Shown: piece after piece, positions 11,126 through 23,005 of the stretch | Position numbering within the stretch: the stretch's first letter is position 1 | Layout: each line of letters begins with the position of its first letter | Assembly: GCF_018977255.1 (NCBI RefSeq) | Contig: NW_024704743.1 | Span: 9,364,001-9,428,000 of the forward strand | Reading direction: 5' to 3' | From: Callorhinchus milii | Taxonomy: Eukaryota | Length of the DNA stretch: 64,000 nt | Position numbers and translations under genes: made by a program | Notes under the pieces: generated by a model | Databases searched by the model: none | What the model was told of the DNA's origin: nothing | Seen by the model: only the letters and a program-made list of their open reading frames with translations

Positions 11126-12655
11126 GAAAATACAACATGATTCAATATAACATTTGTGAAGCACCTTTCACGGTGGGAGGACATCCCAAGGTGCTGAATA
11201 GTCATGGGTTAAGACGCGAGCTGGAGTGGGGTGGGGGAAGATCCAGGAGGGTGCAGGGCAGAGAGGGTGACGGTTTTGAAGAGTTGTGCCTTCAAGGAGG
11301 CAAGGGAGGGAGCGAGGTGAAGGGAATGTGGGATGGAGTTCCAGAGGGTGGGAGAGAGAGTCTGAAGACCCAACCACGCATGTTGGAGCCAGGTGGGGGA
11401 CATGGAGCAGGCCAGAGTCTGCTGAACGGGGGGAGCAGACATAATAATAATAATCTTCTAGACGTCTCAAAGCACTTCAGACAGGTTGATAAGGGGTTAG
11501 CAGGTCAGAAAGGTAGGAAGGGGCAAGGCCATGGAGGGCCTTGAAGGCGAGAATGAGGATTTTGAACTCAATCCTCTGAGGGATGGGGAGCCAGTGGAGC
11601 CGGGCAAGAATGGGTGTGATGGGATCAAGGAGTCTGGTACGGAAGAGGTCACAAGCTGCAGAGTTCTGGATGATCTGCAGCTTGTGGAGGGAAGAGTTGG
11701 GAAGCTCAACAAGCATAGTCGAGCCTGGATATAATGAAGGCTTATATGAGGGTTTCGGCAGCCTGAGGGGTGAGCCAGAGTCAGGCAATGTTTCGTAAGT
11801 GAGGAAAGGTAGAGCGGGTAATGGCACGGATGTGGAAAAAAAGGGGGGATGAGGGTCGAACAAGACGCCAAGATTCCTGATTGACTTGGTGAGGTGGAGC
11901 GTGCATCCCTGAATGGTGATGCTGCCAGTGCCAAAGGTGCGGAGGCGCGGGTGTGAGCCAATCAGGCTGACGTTCTTGCTGACTTTCAACTGTAGAAAGT
12001 TGGCTCTCATCAAGGACTTGATGTCTGACAGGCAGTCTGTCAGTGATCCTGGAGTTGAGGGTGGAGGCAGAGAGATAGAGCTGCGTGTCATCCGCGTACA
12101 TGTGGACGTTGACCCCATGTCTGCAGATGATGTCACCAAGAGGGAGCATATACAGGTTGAAGAGGAGACAACCAAGGACAGAGCCCTGAGGAACACCACA
12201 TGAGACGATGCAGGGGCTGGAAGAGAGGCTGTTTGTGGAGACAAAGTAGGCCGGTACGAGAGATAGGATCTGGATCATTCAAGAACAGAATCTTAAAGGT
12301 GAGAGGTTAGTTGTTGGAGGAGGATAGAGTGGTCCATAGTGTCGAAGGCAGCGGAGAGGTCGAGGAGGACGAGGAGATAGAGGGAGCCCCAACCACAGAT
12401 GGACAGAATGTAATTTGTCACCTTGACCAGGGTTGTTTCTGTGCTGTGAGCAGCAGGGAAACCCAATTGGAGAGGTTTGTAAAGGGAGTGGCAAGAGGGG
12501 AAGGAATGAAGCTGGGAGGAACAACTCTTTATGGACCTTGGAAAGGAACGCAAGGTTGGAGATGGGGCAGGGATAGGTCAGGGAAGGTTTTTTTCTAGGA
12601 TAGAGGCGAAAACAGCTGTTTTTAGGGGGGTGGGAATGGTGCCAGTTGAGAAAGT
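11126..12655 (-). mobile_element. L2 LINE, ~1.5 kb 3' portion including the reverse-transcriptase core (frameshifted)
   Basis: RT motifs [12 protein letters not shown]...[26 protein letters not shown]...HMYADDTQLYLS, and C-terminal LHWLPIPQRIEFKILILAFKALHGLAPSYLSDLL lie in different frames. Interrupted by a 36-bp insert at 11442-11477. Confidence 0.95.
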
Positions 12656-12794
12656 CATTGATTTAAATGAAGAAGACTATTATTTCAAAACATGAAGCAA
12701 TTGTGACTTTTACTCTATTTTTGTAACACAGACTTAGGGTGAAGGTTGCTTGTGACTTATATGGAACCCGCCTTAAGAGACTTATTAAGAGACA

Positions 12795-13120
12795 TCATGA
12801 GTTAGAAGATTATGGGTTCAAGCTCCAGGTTGGGATTTTGAACTCAGTCCAGTCTGACATTCCAATGCAGTGCTGGGGGAGCGTTGCATTGTTGAATGTT
12901 CCTTTCTTCAGATGAGACATTAAACCGAGGTCCCGTCTGTCTGTTCAGGTGGATGTTAAAGATCTCATGGCACCATTTGAAAAGAGAAGGGAATTTCTCC
13001 CAGTGTCCTGGCCAATAATTCCCCAAATATAATCGGTCACTCATTCCAGGGCTGTTAGTGGGTCATTGCTGTGCATAAACTGGCTGCCATGTTTTGCTCA
13101 CAAAATACACAGTCAATCCA
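12795..13120 (+). mobile_element. Deu-domain SINE (family B)
   Basis: cagatgagacattaaaccgaggtcccgtctgtctgttcaggtggatgttaaagatctcatggcacc...ccagtgtcctggccaa. Confidence 0.85.
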
Positions 13121-13129
13121 TCATTGAGA

Positions 13130-13410
13130 CCACAACAACAACAAATTAGGTTTGATAGCGCCTTTCGGTTTTCAGGTGCAATGGAAAAAGAGCAGGCGAG
13201 GCAAAGGGATTGAGGGAGGGAGTTCCGTAGCTTCGGGGCGTAGTGGCTGAAGGCACGGCCGCCAATGGTGGAGCGGAGGATTCGAGCGAGAAGGAGGAGG
13301 CTGGAGTCAGTAGAGCAGAGGCAGCGGGTAGTGCTGTGAGCAGAGAGGAGGTTGGAGAGATAGGGGGATGCCAAGGTGTGGAGGAATTTAAACACTAGAG
13401 TGAGGATTGT
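13130..13410 (-). mobile_element. L2 LINE 3' fragment
   Basis: ILTLVFKFLHTLASPYLSNLL...IGGRAFSHYAPKLRNSLPQSL. Confidence 0.85.
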
Positions 13411-14309
13411 TATTCTTATTATTATAATTCCCCAGATAAAATTAGTCATTCACTTGATGCCTGTTTGTGGGACATTGTTGTGCACAAATTGGCTGCTGCA
13501 TTTGCCGAGAAATACACAGATGGCCACCACACTTTACAGAAATGTTGCGAGTCCTTTTGAGTGACTTAAAGTTATAACTGCAATAATCCTTGTTCTTGAT
13601 ATAATGCCTACAATTTTGAACGTCAGAGTTTGTAAATTTTAAGCCCTGTACAAATTGAGTACTTCTATTAATTCTTAAAAAGGCTACTCAGATTTTGATC
13701 AAGACTACATACATGACTTTGGCCAAATACATTTTGAACTAATTCTGCATTTGTTGCTATTGTTTGCACAAGGACAGGGTATATTTTAATGCAACAATAG
13801 AAAAAACATCTATTCTGATGTTGTGCATGTCAGATTGCATGAGCGTTTCGGTTAATTTAATTGCAGGTGTTTCCTATTGGCTTTGTCCAAACAACTGTGG
13901 GATTATCAGACTCGGAGACTGAGGTGGAAAATTGATGTGACAATGGAGCCTGAGGCTGAGATGGAAGCAACTATAATGCAGGAAGAGGAAGCCCTCGATT
14001 CTAACCTTCAGCAATGTATGTCCTCAAATACAGTCACTACACTTAGCACTTTATTACTTTAAAGAGCTCTCAGATGTTTTGATACGATAAGGTGCTATAA
14101 AGATGCCAATTCTCTCTTTCAATAAATATAAGAGCTTTCTTCATCAATGAGCCAATCCAACAACAAATTTCATTTAGGACCTCCCAAGGCACTGGACGGT
14201 GAAGGGTTTGCACCCTAGCTGGGTATCATCCGGTCTGCAATGCCCAAATAAAATCTGCATTTCATTTGTGCTTTGCAGAAGAGCAAAATGTAACTTTGAA
14301 AGTGTTAAG

Positions 14310-15048
14310 CTCTGATCCTCAACTATTCTTTTTAGCCCACATCTGTGCCATGACCCGCTCTACCTTCCTCCACCTCCGCAACATCGCCCGGCTCCGCCAA
14401 TCTCTCACACCACAGGCCGCCAAAACCCTAATACACGCATTCATAACATCCAGGCTTGACTATGCAAACTCCCTGCTTGTCAGCCTCCCCAACTCCCCCT
14501 CCAGATCACCCAGAACTCTGCAGCCCGAGTCCTCTCCCACACCAGGCTCCGTGACCCTATCACCCCCAATCCTCTCCTTACTCCACTGGTTTCCCATCAC
14601 ACAGAGGATACAGTTCAAGATCCTGGTCCTCACCTTCAAAGCCCTCCGTGGCCTTGCTCCCACCTACCTCTGTGACCTCCTAACCCCCTACCAACTTGCC
14701 TGCTCCCTCCACTCAGCGGGCTCCAGCCTGCTACACGTCTCCCGATTTGCCCGCCCCACCACTGACGAGCGGGCCTTCTGCCACTCTGCCCCCACTCTCT
14801 GGAACTCCATCCCACAGTCCCTCCGCCTCGCCCTCTCCCTTGCCTCCTTCAAGACGCATCTCAAGACCCTCTTCTTTGACAGTACTTTCGATCACCCGCC
14901 TTCCCCCCCTGCCCTCCAACCTCCCCAATCCCGACCCCCAGCTCAGAGATTGCGTTGTAGACCGGACGATACACTGACTGTCCAGCGCCTTGGGACGTCC
15001 TCCTCTTTACAAATGCACTTTACAAATGTAATTTTGTTGGTGTTATTG
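14310..15048 (+). mobile_element. L2 LINE 3' fragment
   Basis: FLHLRNIARLRQSLT...LIHAFITSRLDYANSLL...LHWFPITQRIQFKILVLTFKAL...LWNSIPQSLR; tail tacaaatgtaattttgttg. Confidence 0.92.
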
Positions 15049-15654
15049 TTCCTCTCACAAACTTGTATGCCAAGAAGAGCTTTTTTCATATTCTCAACAG
15101 TCGTGTATATATAGACTTATCACGTCAACAGTTACTGTGCAGAGGATGACACATGGCAACAAACAAACCACCATTTACGCAACACGTAACAAACATTCAG
15201 CCACATTCATGTTCTTACTGCTACGTGTTAAATAGAACTGATTGAACTAGACTGCTCATTAATTAACTACAGGCATTATCCCCAGTGCTAATTGTATTAA
15301 GGAAATCATTGTGCTGCAACAGACAATGACCTAATGCTTCCCAGTAATTCCACAGGTCACTTTCACATCCTGAACCTGACCTCTAAATCCTTCCCCCTTC
15401 ACCAATGCAATTTCTTCCAGCTCTATTCTCTTTCCATTCTGGTATACTGCTTGCTACCCACTCCTTCCATTCAATGATCGTTGGCGTACCCTTTAATCAC
15501 CAGCCTCTTGAATTTGCTTCCAAAATATTATTGTGTTCCTTTCTCTCATCTTGTCTTGAAAATATAACTATTCGATTACGTCTTTGGTCAACATCCTTAA
15601 ACTTTCCTATTTCGTGATCTTCTTTATATAGTCAAACATTTTGAAGCATTTATT

Positions 15655-15770
15655 CTATAATAATAATAATATAATATAATAATATAATAATAATAATATA
15701 ATAATAATAATAATAATAATCCTTGTATTTGATATAGCACCTAATCACATCAAGAAAGGCTCAAATTGCT
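15655..15770 (-). repeat. (AAT/ATAAT)n microsatellite grown from a SINE tail
   Basis: About 65 bp of aat/ataat repeats directly adjoining ccttgtatttgatatagc, the reverse-complemented tail. Confidence 0.8.
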
Positions 15771-16003
15771 CACCCCTCTCTACAAGCCATAATGGGAACA
15801 GCAGAGGAGATGTGAGCTCTTTAGGCAGCGAGCTATCCATTGATTTTGAGAGCAGTGGGATCTAGTTTAGCTTTATAATTGGGTAAGGTACATGCAATAG
15901 AAATTTAACACTGACCGATGTAAAGTGTCATCCATTTGTGGTGTATAATCTTTTATACATTTGTATAAAATCAATGAAATTAGAGAGATTTAGGAAGAGA
16001 AAA

Positions 16004-16244
16004 CAATAATAATCCTTGCATTTGATATAGCGCTTTTCACGTCTTCTAGACATCTCAAAGTGCTTCACAGAATATACTGGAAAGTGAATTGACTGTCTGT
16101 ATACTTGTGGATGAAACTCAGCAGCCAATTGTGCACAACAGTGTCCGACAAACAGTTGTGGAATGAGTGACCAAATTACTATAGGTTTTTTTAAAGAATT
16201 ATTATCCCCGGAAAAGCAATCCGCCAACCAACTAACACCAGGTT
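16004..16244 (-). mobile_element. SINE family A, long subtype, 5'-truncated at the FAT1 fragment
   Basis: Tail at 16004-16030; the body ends ...gaaaagcaatccgccaaccaactaacaccaggtt exactly where the FAT1 sequence starts. Confidence 0.88.
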
Positions 16245-16624
16245 AGATGGTGGTGGCAAGATGGCTTTCTGTAATATCAATGTGATCTTCGCTGATGAAA
16301 ATGATAATGTGCTTCAGTTCTGAGCTGCAGAGTGTAAGGTAAATATCAGTTTATATGCTTCAAAGGGATCTTCAGTCATTCAGATTGTGGCGTCTGATGC
16401 CGAGGGAGGAGTTGGGGACAATTGTCTATTTTATTGAGGCAGATTCTGACAATGTTGAAGAAAATCTGGAAATCGATTCATTTTCTGGGGTCATCACCAA
16501 AGAAAATCTCTTTGGTCCGGAAAACAACTTTTACAGTTTCTTTGTCCGAGCTAAAGATGGCGGAGTCCCACAGCAGGAGTCTGCTGTCCCCGTCTATGTT
16601 AGAATACTCCCACCTGAAGTAAAA
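16245..16624 (+). pseudogene. FAT1: Decayed FAT1 protocadherin coding fragment (about one cadherin repeat)
   Basis: Frame 1 reads DGGGKMAFCNINVIFADENDNVLQF*AAECKVNISLYASKGSSVIQIVASDA. After a frameshift near 16402-16416 it continues GTIVYFIEADSDNVEENLEIDSFSGVITKENLFGPENNFYSFFVRAKDGGVPQQESAVPVYVRILPPEVK. Collinear with recalled human FAT1 DAGGKVAFCTVNVILTDDNDNAPQFRATKYEVNIGSSAAKGTSVVKVLASDADEGSNADITYAIEADSESVKENLEINKLSGVITTKESLIGLENEFFTFFVRAVDNGSPSKESVVLVYVKILPPE. In-frame TGA at 16321-16323. Confidence 0.9.
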
Positions 16625-16700
16625 CACTGCACCTTCAGCAATGCAGCCTTACCTCAGGACAGTACTGGAACATCAATGTAGATTAGAAGTTTAATTCCTT
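16625..16700 (-). mobile_element. Deu-domain SINE fragment
   Basis: gcaccttcagcaatgcagccttacctcaggacagtactggaacatcaatgtagatt resembles 33269-33325 and 52895-52940. Confidence 0.55.
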
Positions 16701-16704
16701 AGAA

Positions 16705-17162
16705 TCATAATACCTGCATTTGATATAGCACCTTACCTCATCGAAAGTCACAAGTACTTCACAAGATTTGCTGTAAAGCATAGTGATTGTTTATTTTCAA
16801 TGGTGGCTGCCAATGTGGCAGCCAATTTGCACTTAGCAATGTCCTATGAAGTGAATGACCAATTTTACCTGGGGGATCGTTTGCCAAATTCTAGGAGAAA
16901 TTCCCTTCTCTTTTTGAATTGAACCATGGGACTTGTGATGTCCACCCGAACAGATTTAATATCTCATCAAAAAGCCACTACTTTCATCAATGCAACACTC
17001 TTCCAAGACTGCACTGGAGTGTCAGCCAAGGCAAAGAGTCTCAAAGTCCCAATGTAGGGCTTGAAACAACAATCTTCTAACTCAACAGTAACAAAATTAC
17101 ACTTCTATTGCGCCTTTCATCTCGCGAGAGGTGAGAATGTTACCAACTGAGCCAGACTGACA
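16705..17162 (-). mobile_element. Deu-domain SINE (family B), near full length
   Basis: Runs from tail (cctgcatttgatatagc) through core (ccatgggacttgtgatgtccacccgaacag) to head (gtgagaatgttaccaactgagccagactgacat). Confidence 0.8.
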
Positions 17163-17419
17163 TCTATGGTCCTATAAATAAGACTGAATGCATAATTTTC
17201 TAATGCAAAAACATGGAAGCTACCAAATGTGAAGTGAAGAGATGTTCTGCCGATGTGACACATGCCATATCAAATGTAAGGATTACCATTATTATAACTG
17301 ACTATTGTGTAGTATTTCTTAACAGATTTCTTAAGAAATGTGTAATTCTAAACTTTCTAAGAATATCAAATGTGTATTCTTTAACACGTACAATGTTTCA
17401 GAAATTCAATGATAACTTA

Positions 17420-17620
17420 TATTATAATAATCCTTGCTTCTGATATGGCGCTTTTCACGTCTTCTAGACGTCTCAAAGCGCTTCACAGAATATACTGCAA
17501 AGTGAATCGACTGTCTATTTGTGGGTGAAACGTGGCAGCCAATTGTGCACAGCAGTGTCCCACAAACAGTCGTGGATTGAAGTGACCAATTTTATTATTG
17601 TTTTTTTTGAGGGATTATTA
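17420..17620 (-). mobile_element. SINE family A, 5'-truncated
   Basis: gcgcttttcacgtcttctagacgtctcaaagcgcttcacagaatatac...gtcccacaaacagtcgtggattg. Confidence 0.88.
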
Positions 17621-20600
17621 TCTTCTTATCTAATACCACAAATTAAACCCCATCACTGGAAAAAGCAACAAACCCAACATTCATCTAAATTTCCACATTG
17701 TAGTTCATGTTTCAAAAGCATTATTTACAAAATGCCTTGTGATAGCTAGATACTGATCAAAATGACGCCAACTAGGTTGTACTGGGAACTCTGCTTGTTG
17801 AGCAAATATAAACTATGGGTTACATTTGTTTTAAGAAGTAAACATCCAAGCGAGTTTGTTCTATCTGCCTCCTGGGTTAAAACATGGCAAAAACAAATAC
17901 AAAACACACAGGTCTAGTTGAAAAAGCAGTGCGAAAACAAAATTAGCCTATATTTAATATACAAGAAACAAGAACAACAACTTGCAAATTTAGACAGCAC
18001 CCTTCACACAGGATGGAATCTCTGTGATTTCTGATACAGTGCCTTTCACACCAGGATATCTCAAAGCGCTTCACAGGATAAAGTGTAGTGACTGTGTACT
18101 TTGTACATCTGAAAAAAAAGTTTAAACCCTGAAACCCTGAACGAAACGAGTCATACCAGCTCCCAGTTGCATTAAAAGAAAGACAGCAGCCAATCTGTGC
18201 AAGAACATTGTTAATTGATTAAATAGATCTGTGGGTATTGTAACCATCTGCAGCTTCATCTGTTGCATTGCATTCTTCACAACAATGCCTCCAGCACTCT
18301 TTAGAAACAGAGTTAGAAAAACTTCACTCTTTAATACATCAGCGCCTCACAAATCTTGACCAGCTTAAGAGAATCATCCTGCAAGATTTATGAAGGCATA
18401 ATTATTTGAATACAAATAATTAAGTCTATAAATTCATGTCCAAACATAATACTATCCATAATTTCTAAAAGCTGCTTTCTCACATTTTAAATTGATGCAA
18501 TAAATTATTTTTATATGAAATCTCCAATGTACTCCCATTTTTTTTAACCAGTCAACTCATTTTGACAAACAGTTTGAATTTAGGGGGAAGATTTAGAGAC
18601 AGTTGTTTCGGACGATTTGTGGATGCCCTTCACTCTTATTGGAACGCTGGAAGATGAGAATAAAAAAAACAGCATCTGGGGACAGACATGGGGAAAAAAA
18701 TCTTCAAACATATTTCTGCTCCCCGGTGTGTAGCTCATTACTCTGATACTTGTATCACCATGCACCACAAGGACAGATAAAACACGTCCTTGAGGTTCTG
18801 CCAAGAGATTGCTTTTCACTGTACCCAGCCAATGCCTTTCAAAACCTAAAATTGGCACTTGTGAGCATGTCAGTGTTTAGCTGTTAATTGTCGGGACATG
18901 CGATTGATGAGGTTCTTAACTTTCCCCCACTCTTCCACGTTTCTACGTGGCACTGAAATTACATAAATAGCCGTCAGATACTAGATAGTGTGCACAATCT
19001 TAATGACAACCAGAAAGTATAGCATCTCGATCATACCTTGGCATTACTACTCTACAACAGCAAGGAGCAGGTAAGGCAGGAACTCCACCATCACACAAAA
19101 TAACACAGAAATTATGTGAATTAGACATGGTTTAATGTTTCATTCTAGTTGCCAAGCACTCGTAGAGGAGACAGGACTGAAGCATTTAACATAGGCTGAC
19201 CATTGTCAATCAATCCAATCACTTGCTTTTACTGAGGAGTTTCTTTTGCAACCTGTACATTATTTTATTGGTATGTCATTTAGTCAGTTTTATTAAACGA
19301 GGATTTCCTCTCAACAATGATCTTTGTTAGATAAGGTACCAGCACAGCATGGTGCAGATCCAGTCAATGACTAGCCAAACAATCAGGGCATTGGTTAGTA
19401 AGGTTGTTAAGAGTTTCTGTATCTTCGCATCTGTTTTGGATTACTGCAGGTCTGGTCTGGCTTTGCCAGGCTCAACAACTAAGAGCCAGCTATAGGAAGA
19501 CACCACTTAAGTCCTCTCCTCCCAGGAGGATATTTATATATATTTTAGGCATGATATTCATTTAATTGACCCCATAAAGGGGAAGGCCTGAAGTAAACCC
19601 CACTGAGATTTGAACCCAGAACTTTCCAGTCATAGGTCAGAAACACAACAGACTAAGATAGAATAAATAAAACTATTGTTCGTAAAGTAGAATAGAAATG
19701 TAGACATTTTCATCACAGCAGCTGGCAGCTTGGCCAAGCCTGCTTGTTGCTGCCCTTACCCTGATTTCTTTTAAGTTTGCCCTTTTTAATCAATTCCCCT
19801 TCTAGCGCTGATCTACAACAGTTATATAGCACCTTTGACGTAGAGTAACATCTTGGAGTGCTGTACAATGAAGCGGTTGGATGCCAAGCAAGAGAGGGGG
19901 AAGGTGGCCATAGGAATGGATTCGAGGCAGGACAGTAAGAGTGGAGGCAAGACCGAGTGGTAAAGGGAGTAAGTTCCGGATGTTCTTGTCTTATCCGAGA
20001 CAGTACCCGGATAAGATTACATGTCCTTGCCAAAAATGCTCTATCTTGATTTCAGTAACAAACTGAGGTGGAACAACAACATTCTAAAACCGACGCACTC
20101 ATCAGAGAAATACAGCCATGAATCCAATAAGCTTCTTCAGTACTGCCAGCGTAAGGAATTGTGGTGAGTTAAATATTTTTTACTTGTGTCCCCAGATTTG
20201 TTTTACAAAATATGGTCATCCTTGTGTAGGAATGAAGGCTTGGCTACAGATGGTGGCAGGGTATGTACAGCAAGCCTGATTCAGCTGAACAGAGGAGGAA
20301 GGTAGGAAAAGATATTACAAACAAGAAAACTGATTCTGTAGTTTTTCTGTACACATATCTTTTGTGACAGGAACTGAACCACTCTAGATGTACAAGCTAC
20401 CTGATCCACCGTTCAAACCCACAAAAAAGCCTTTTCCAGTCACTCCTACAACAGACTCTCAAAACATTTACAATCTGATCCTCATTCATGCCTGCGGTTT
20501 CCTTCAATGCTCCAGCACTCACCATGTTGAATATTGTAAATCCATTGCCTAATCTCACTTTTAAGACAATAGGACGTTATCAGACTAATCTTTCTCACGT

Positions 20601-21785
20601 TAACACTTTCTCATAACTTCCCCAATTTTTTGCATTCTACTTTTAATTATAAAATCCTTCATCCGTGTTTTAACTGCAATTATGTTTAGTATTAAATGCT
20701 TGACTGGAAAGAAAATGAATCCTCTCCCCCCAATACAGAGAGGAATAAAATATTATTTAAGTGTAGATTTCCCATCAAGAAGAATCCTACAATGGCTGGC
20801 ACTCACCTCCTCCTACCCTGGAGTTCGCAACATAGACAGGGAGGAGCCAAGCAACATACAATGCAGATAGCACTCAATTCAGAGCTGCATAATCCTGGGA
20901 AAGCAACACTGGAAGAAAGCCATAAATGGCACTCAAGTGGAAGAAAGGATTGGAGTGGTAGAGGGCTTTGCTACGCTTATCTGCACATCTCGTGTGATTT
21001 GTTACATTTCCCATCACGTATGTAGATAAGTAAACAATAGATTAGGTCTGTTTTTTCTGTAATGCTTTCACCTATCTCCCTCCTCCGCTCAGCAATCCAA
21101 TGTGAAAGATAGCAAAGTTTCACATGTATATCCACGTCTGGGCCACATCACACAACACTTCACATGGCTGGCTGTGAGCCCGAGCTGGGGCTGGAGAACT
21201 GAAGAAGCAACGAGAAGATCACAAAGTGAAAAGTCTTACAGTGGGTTTTGAAGGGACAAGGCAGAGGGGCTCCGGGATGGATTTCCAGAGATCGGGGGCA
21301 GAATGGCTGAAAGATCTATAAGTGCAAGTTGCTATGGAAAAGTGAGGATTCTTCACTACCGGGTAAAAGAGCCTGGTTTCTTCTACATCCAGGGAATTAT
21401 TTTGACCGTAGAATTCTCCTCCTTCTGCATTTTTCTTTTTACATCTACTAAAGAACAAATTCTGAAAATTAACATAATTTAAAAATACAGTCTATAGAAA
21501 GCTTTTTCATTTCAGATGAAAAGATTTATGACCAAAAAGCTTAATAGTCTAAAATGAATGAAATCAGTGAGCCAAACAGTTATCCAGCCAAACCCTTCCA
21601 ATCTCCACAGATCTGACAACAATGCATCCAGTGAAGGTTACAATCAAAAAAGATGTAATGAATGAATGTACGTTGAAGTCAGTAACTAAATGAAAAATGT
21701 TTGCCCCCATTTGAATTTATGTTAAGATGGCTCAATCCTGTGCTTTCTCCAGGTTTAATTGCTGTAATGCAGTTTTTCTAAGTAC

Positions 21786-22168
21786 TAATAAATAATAATA
21801 ATCCTTGCATTTGATATAGCACTTTACTACGTCTTCAAAACGTCTCAAAGCGCTTCACAGAATATACTGTAAAGTGAATTCACTGTATATTTTGTGCGCG
21901 AAATGTGGCAGCCAGTTACGCACAGCAGTGTCCCACAAACATTTGTGGATTGAGTGACCAAATTATGATTGTTATTATTTTGAAGGGATTATTACCCCCG
22001 GAAAAGCGATCCACCAAACGACTAACAACTGGATTCCTACTTACTGCTAGGTAAACAGAGGTGTGTGGAATAAGGAAACTTGCCCATCATTTCGCCCTGC
22101 CCGGGAATCAAACCCATAACCTCTCGCTTGAGAGGCGAGTGCTCCAACCACTAAGCTACAGGACTCCC
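21786..22168 (-). mobile_element. SINE family A, full length, long subtype
   Basis: Head ends ...ccactaagctacaggactcc; contains the internal segment cctacttactgctaggtaaacagagg; tail aataataatccttgcatttgatatagc. Confidence 0.92.
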
Positions 22169-22749
22169 AAGAAACGTTGGCTACACAGACAGCAAAGGTT
22201 AGTTAATTTTGATTTCTGAAATTGACCTGATGCCAAGAAATTGGAAGATGTGGCTGATGAGGTTTCAAACTGTAGTTAAAGTGTCACACCTCAGAGGTCC
22301 CTGTGGAGCTCAAAGCATACAGGAGAACGTTACCCTAATTACAAATTACAGCTAAAATGAAAGGTCACTTGGCATCGTGCTCCACTTTTGGGATTGTGTC
22401 CAACTGAGAAAAAACATTAACGTCACGAACCACAGGTATCTCCTGTGGGTTTCTGGCAGGAGGGACAGAGCAGAACATCAGGAATATCCTTTTGCTCTCA
22501 GCCGCAGCTAGGATATTCCTTCACACCATCGCAACTTTTAATCCAGCAATTCAAATGATAGAATCAGACAGGCGGAGGGGGTGTGACAGTGCAAAGAACA
22601 ATGAGAAAGACTGCTTGTGAATAATTTCTGGTCTATACATATCGACATTGACCTACTTCCTCAACCAATGGTCAGGTCATGCATTGAGGTACATTTGCAT
22701 GGATGATGCCAACTCTCTGGGTGTCTTACTCAACTTTCTCTGTCTGCAA

Positions 22750-23005
22750 GCAGCACCAGCTGCTCAAGCGAGAGAGCATTGCAGCCCAATGCTGTCCTCA
22801 GTCAACCCACAATTTTCCAGCCAGTGGATAGAGATGAGACATGGGAGCCCTGGCTCAGTCCCTCTGTAGCTCAGGGATATCGAGATCAATTGTACAGCCT
22901 TTTCTTAGTCTGGCAAAATTCAGTGAACTCAGCACAGATCTGCGTTGAAACTTGGGGACCTCCAACTTGCACCACATCATTTGGGGCATTTACACTCAGA
23001 TTTAC
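22750..23005 (-). mobile_element. Ancient SINE (AmnSINE2-like)
   Basis: gctgtcctcag...tttccagccagtggatagagat...gggagccctggct...aactcagcacagatc...ggggacctcc is collinear with 46865-47085 and with the reverse complement of 9195-9362. Confidence 0.5.

Noticed and set aside
14266..15114. 282-aa ORF as a host gene (also 11477-12244 and 35853-36599)
   Set aside because: These are L2 ORF2 C-terminal remnants with frameshifts and LINE tails.
16355..16681. Functional 108-aa cadherin-domain gene or a live FAT1 exon
   Set aside because: The homology spans a stop codon and a frameshift, the ORF start is out of frame with FAT1, and the ORF end lies in SINE sequence.
19989..20016. Hairpin tcttatccg-N10-cggataaga
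   Set aside because: A 9-bp stem is plausible by chance in 64 kb, and there is no supporting context.
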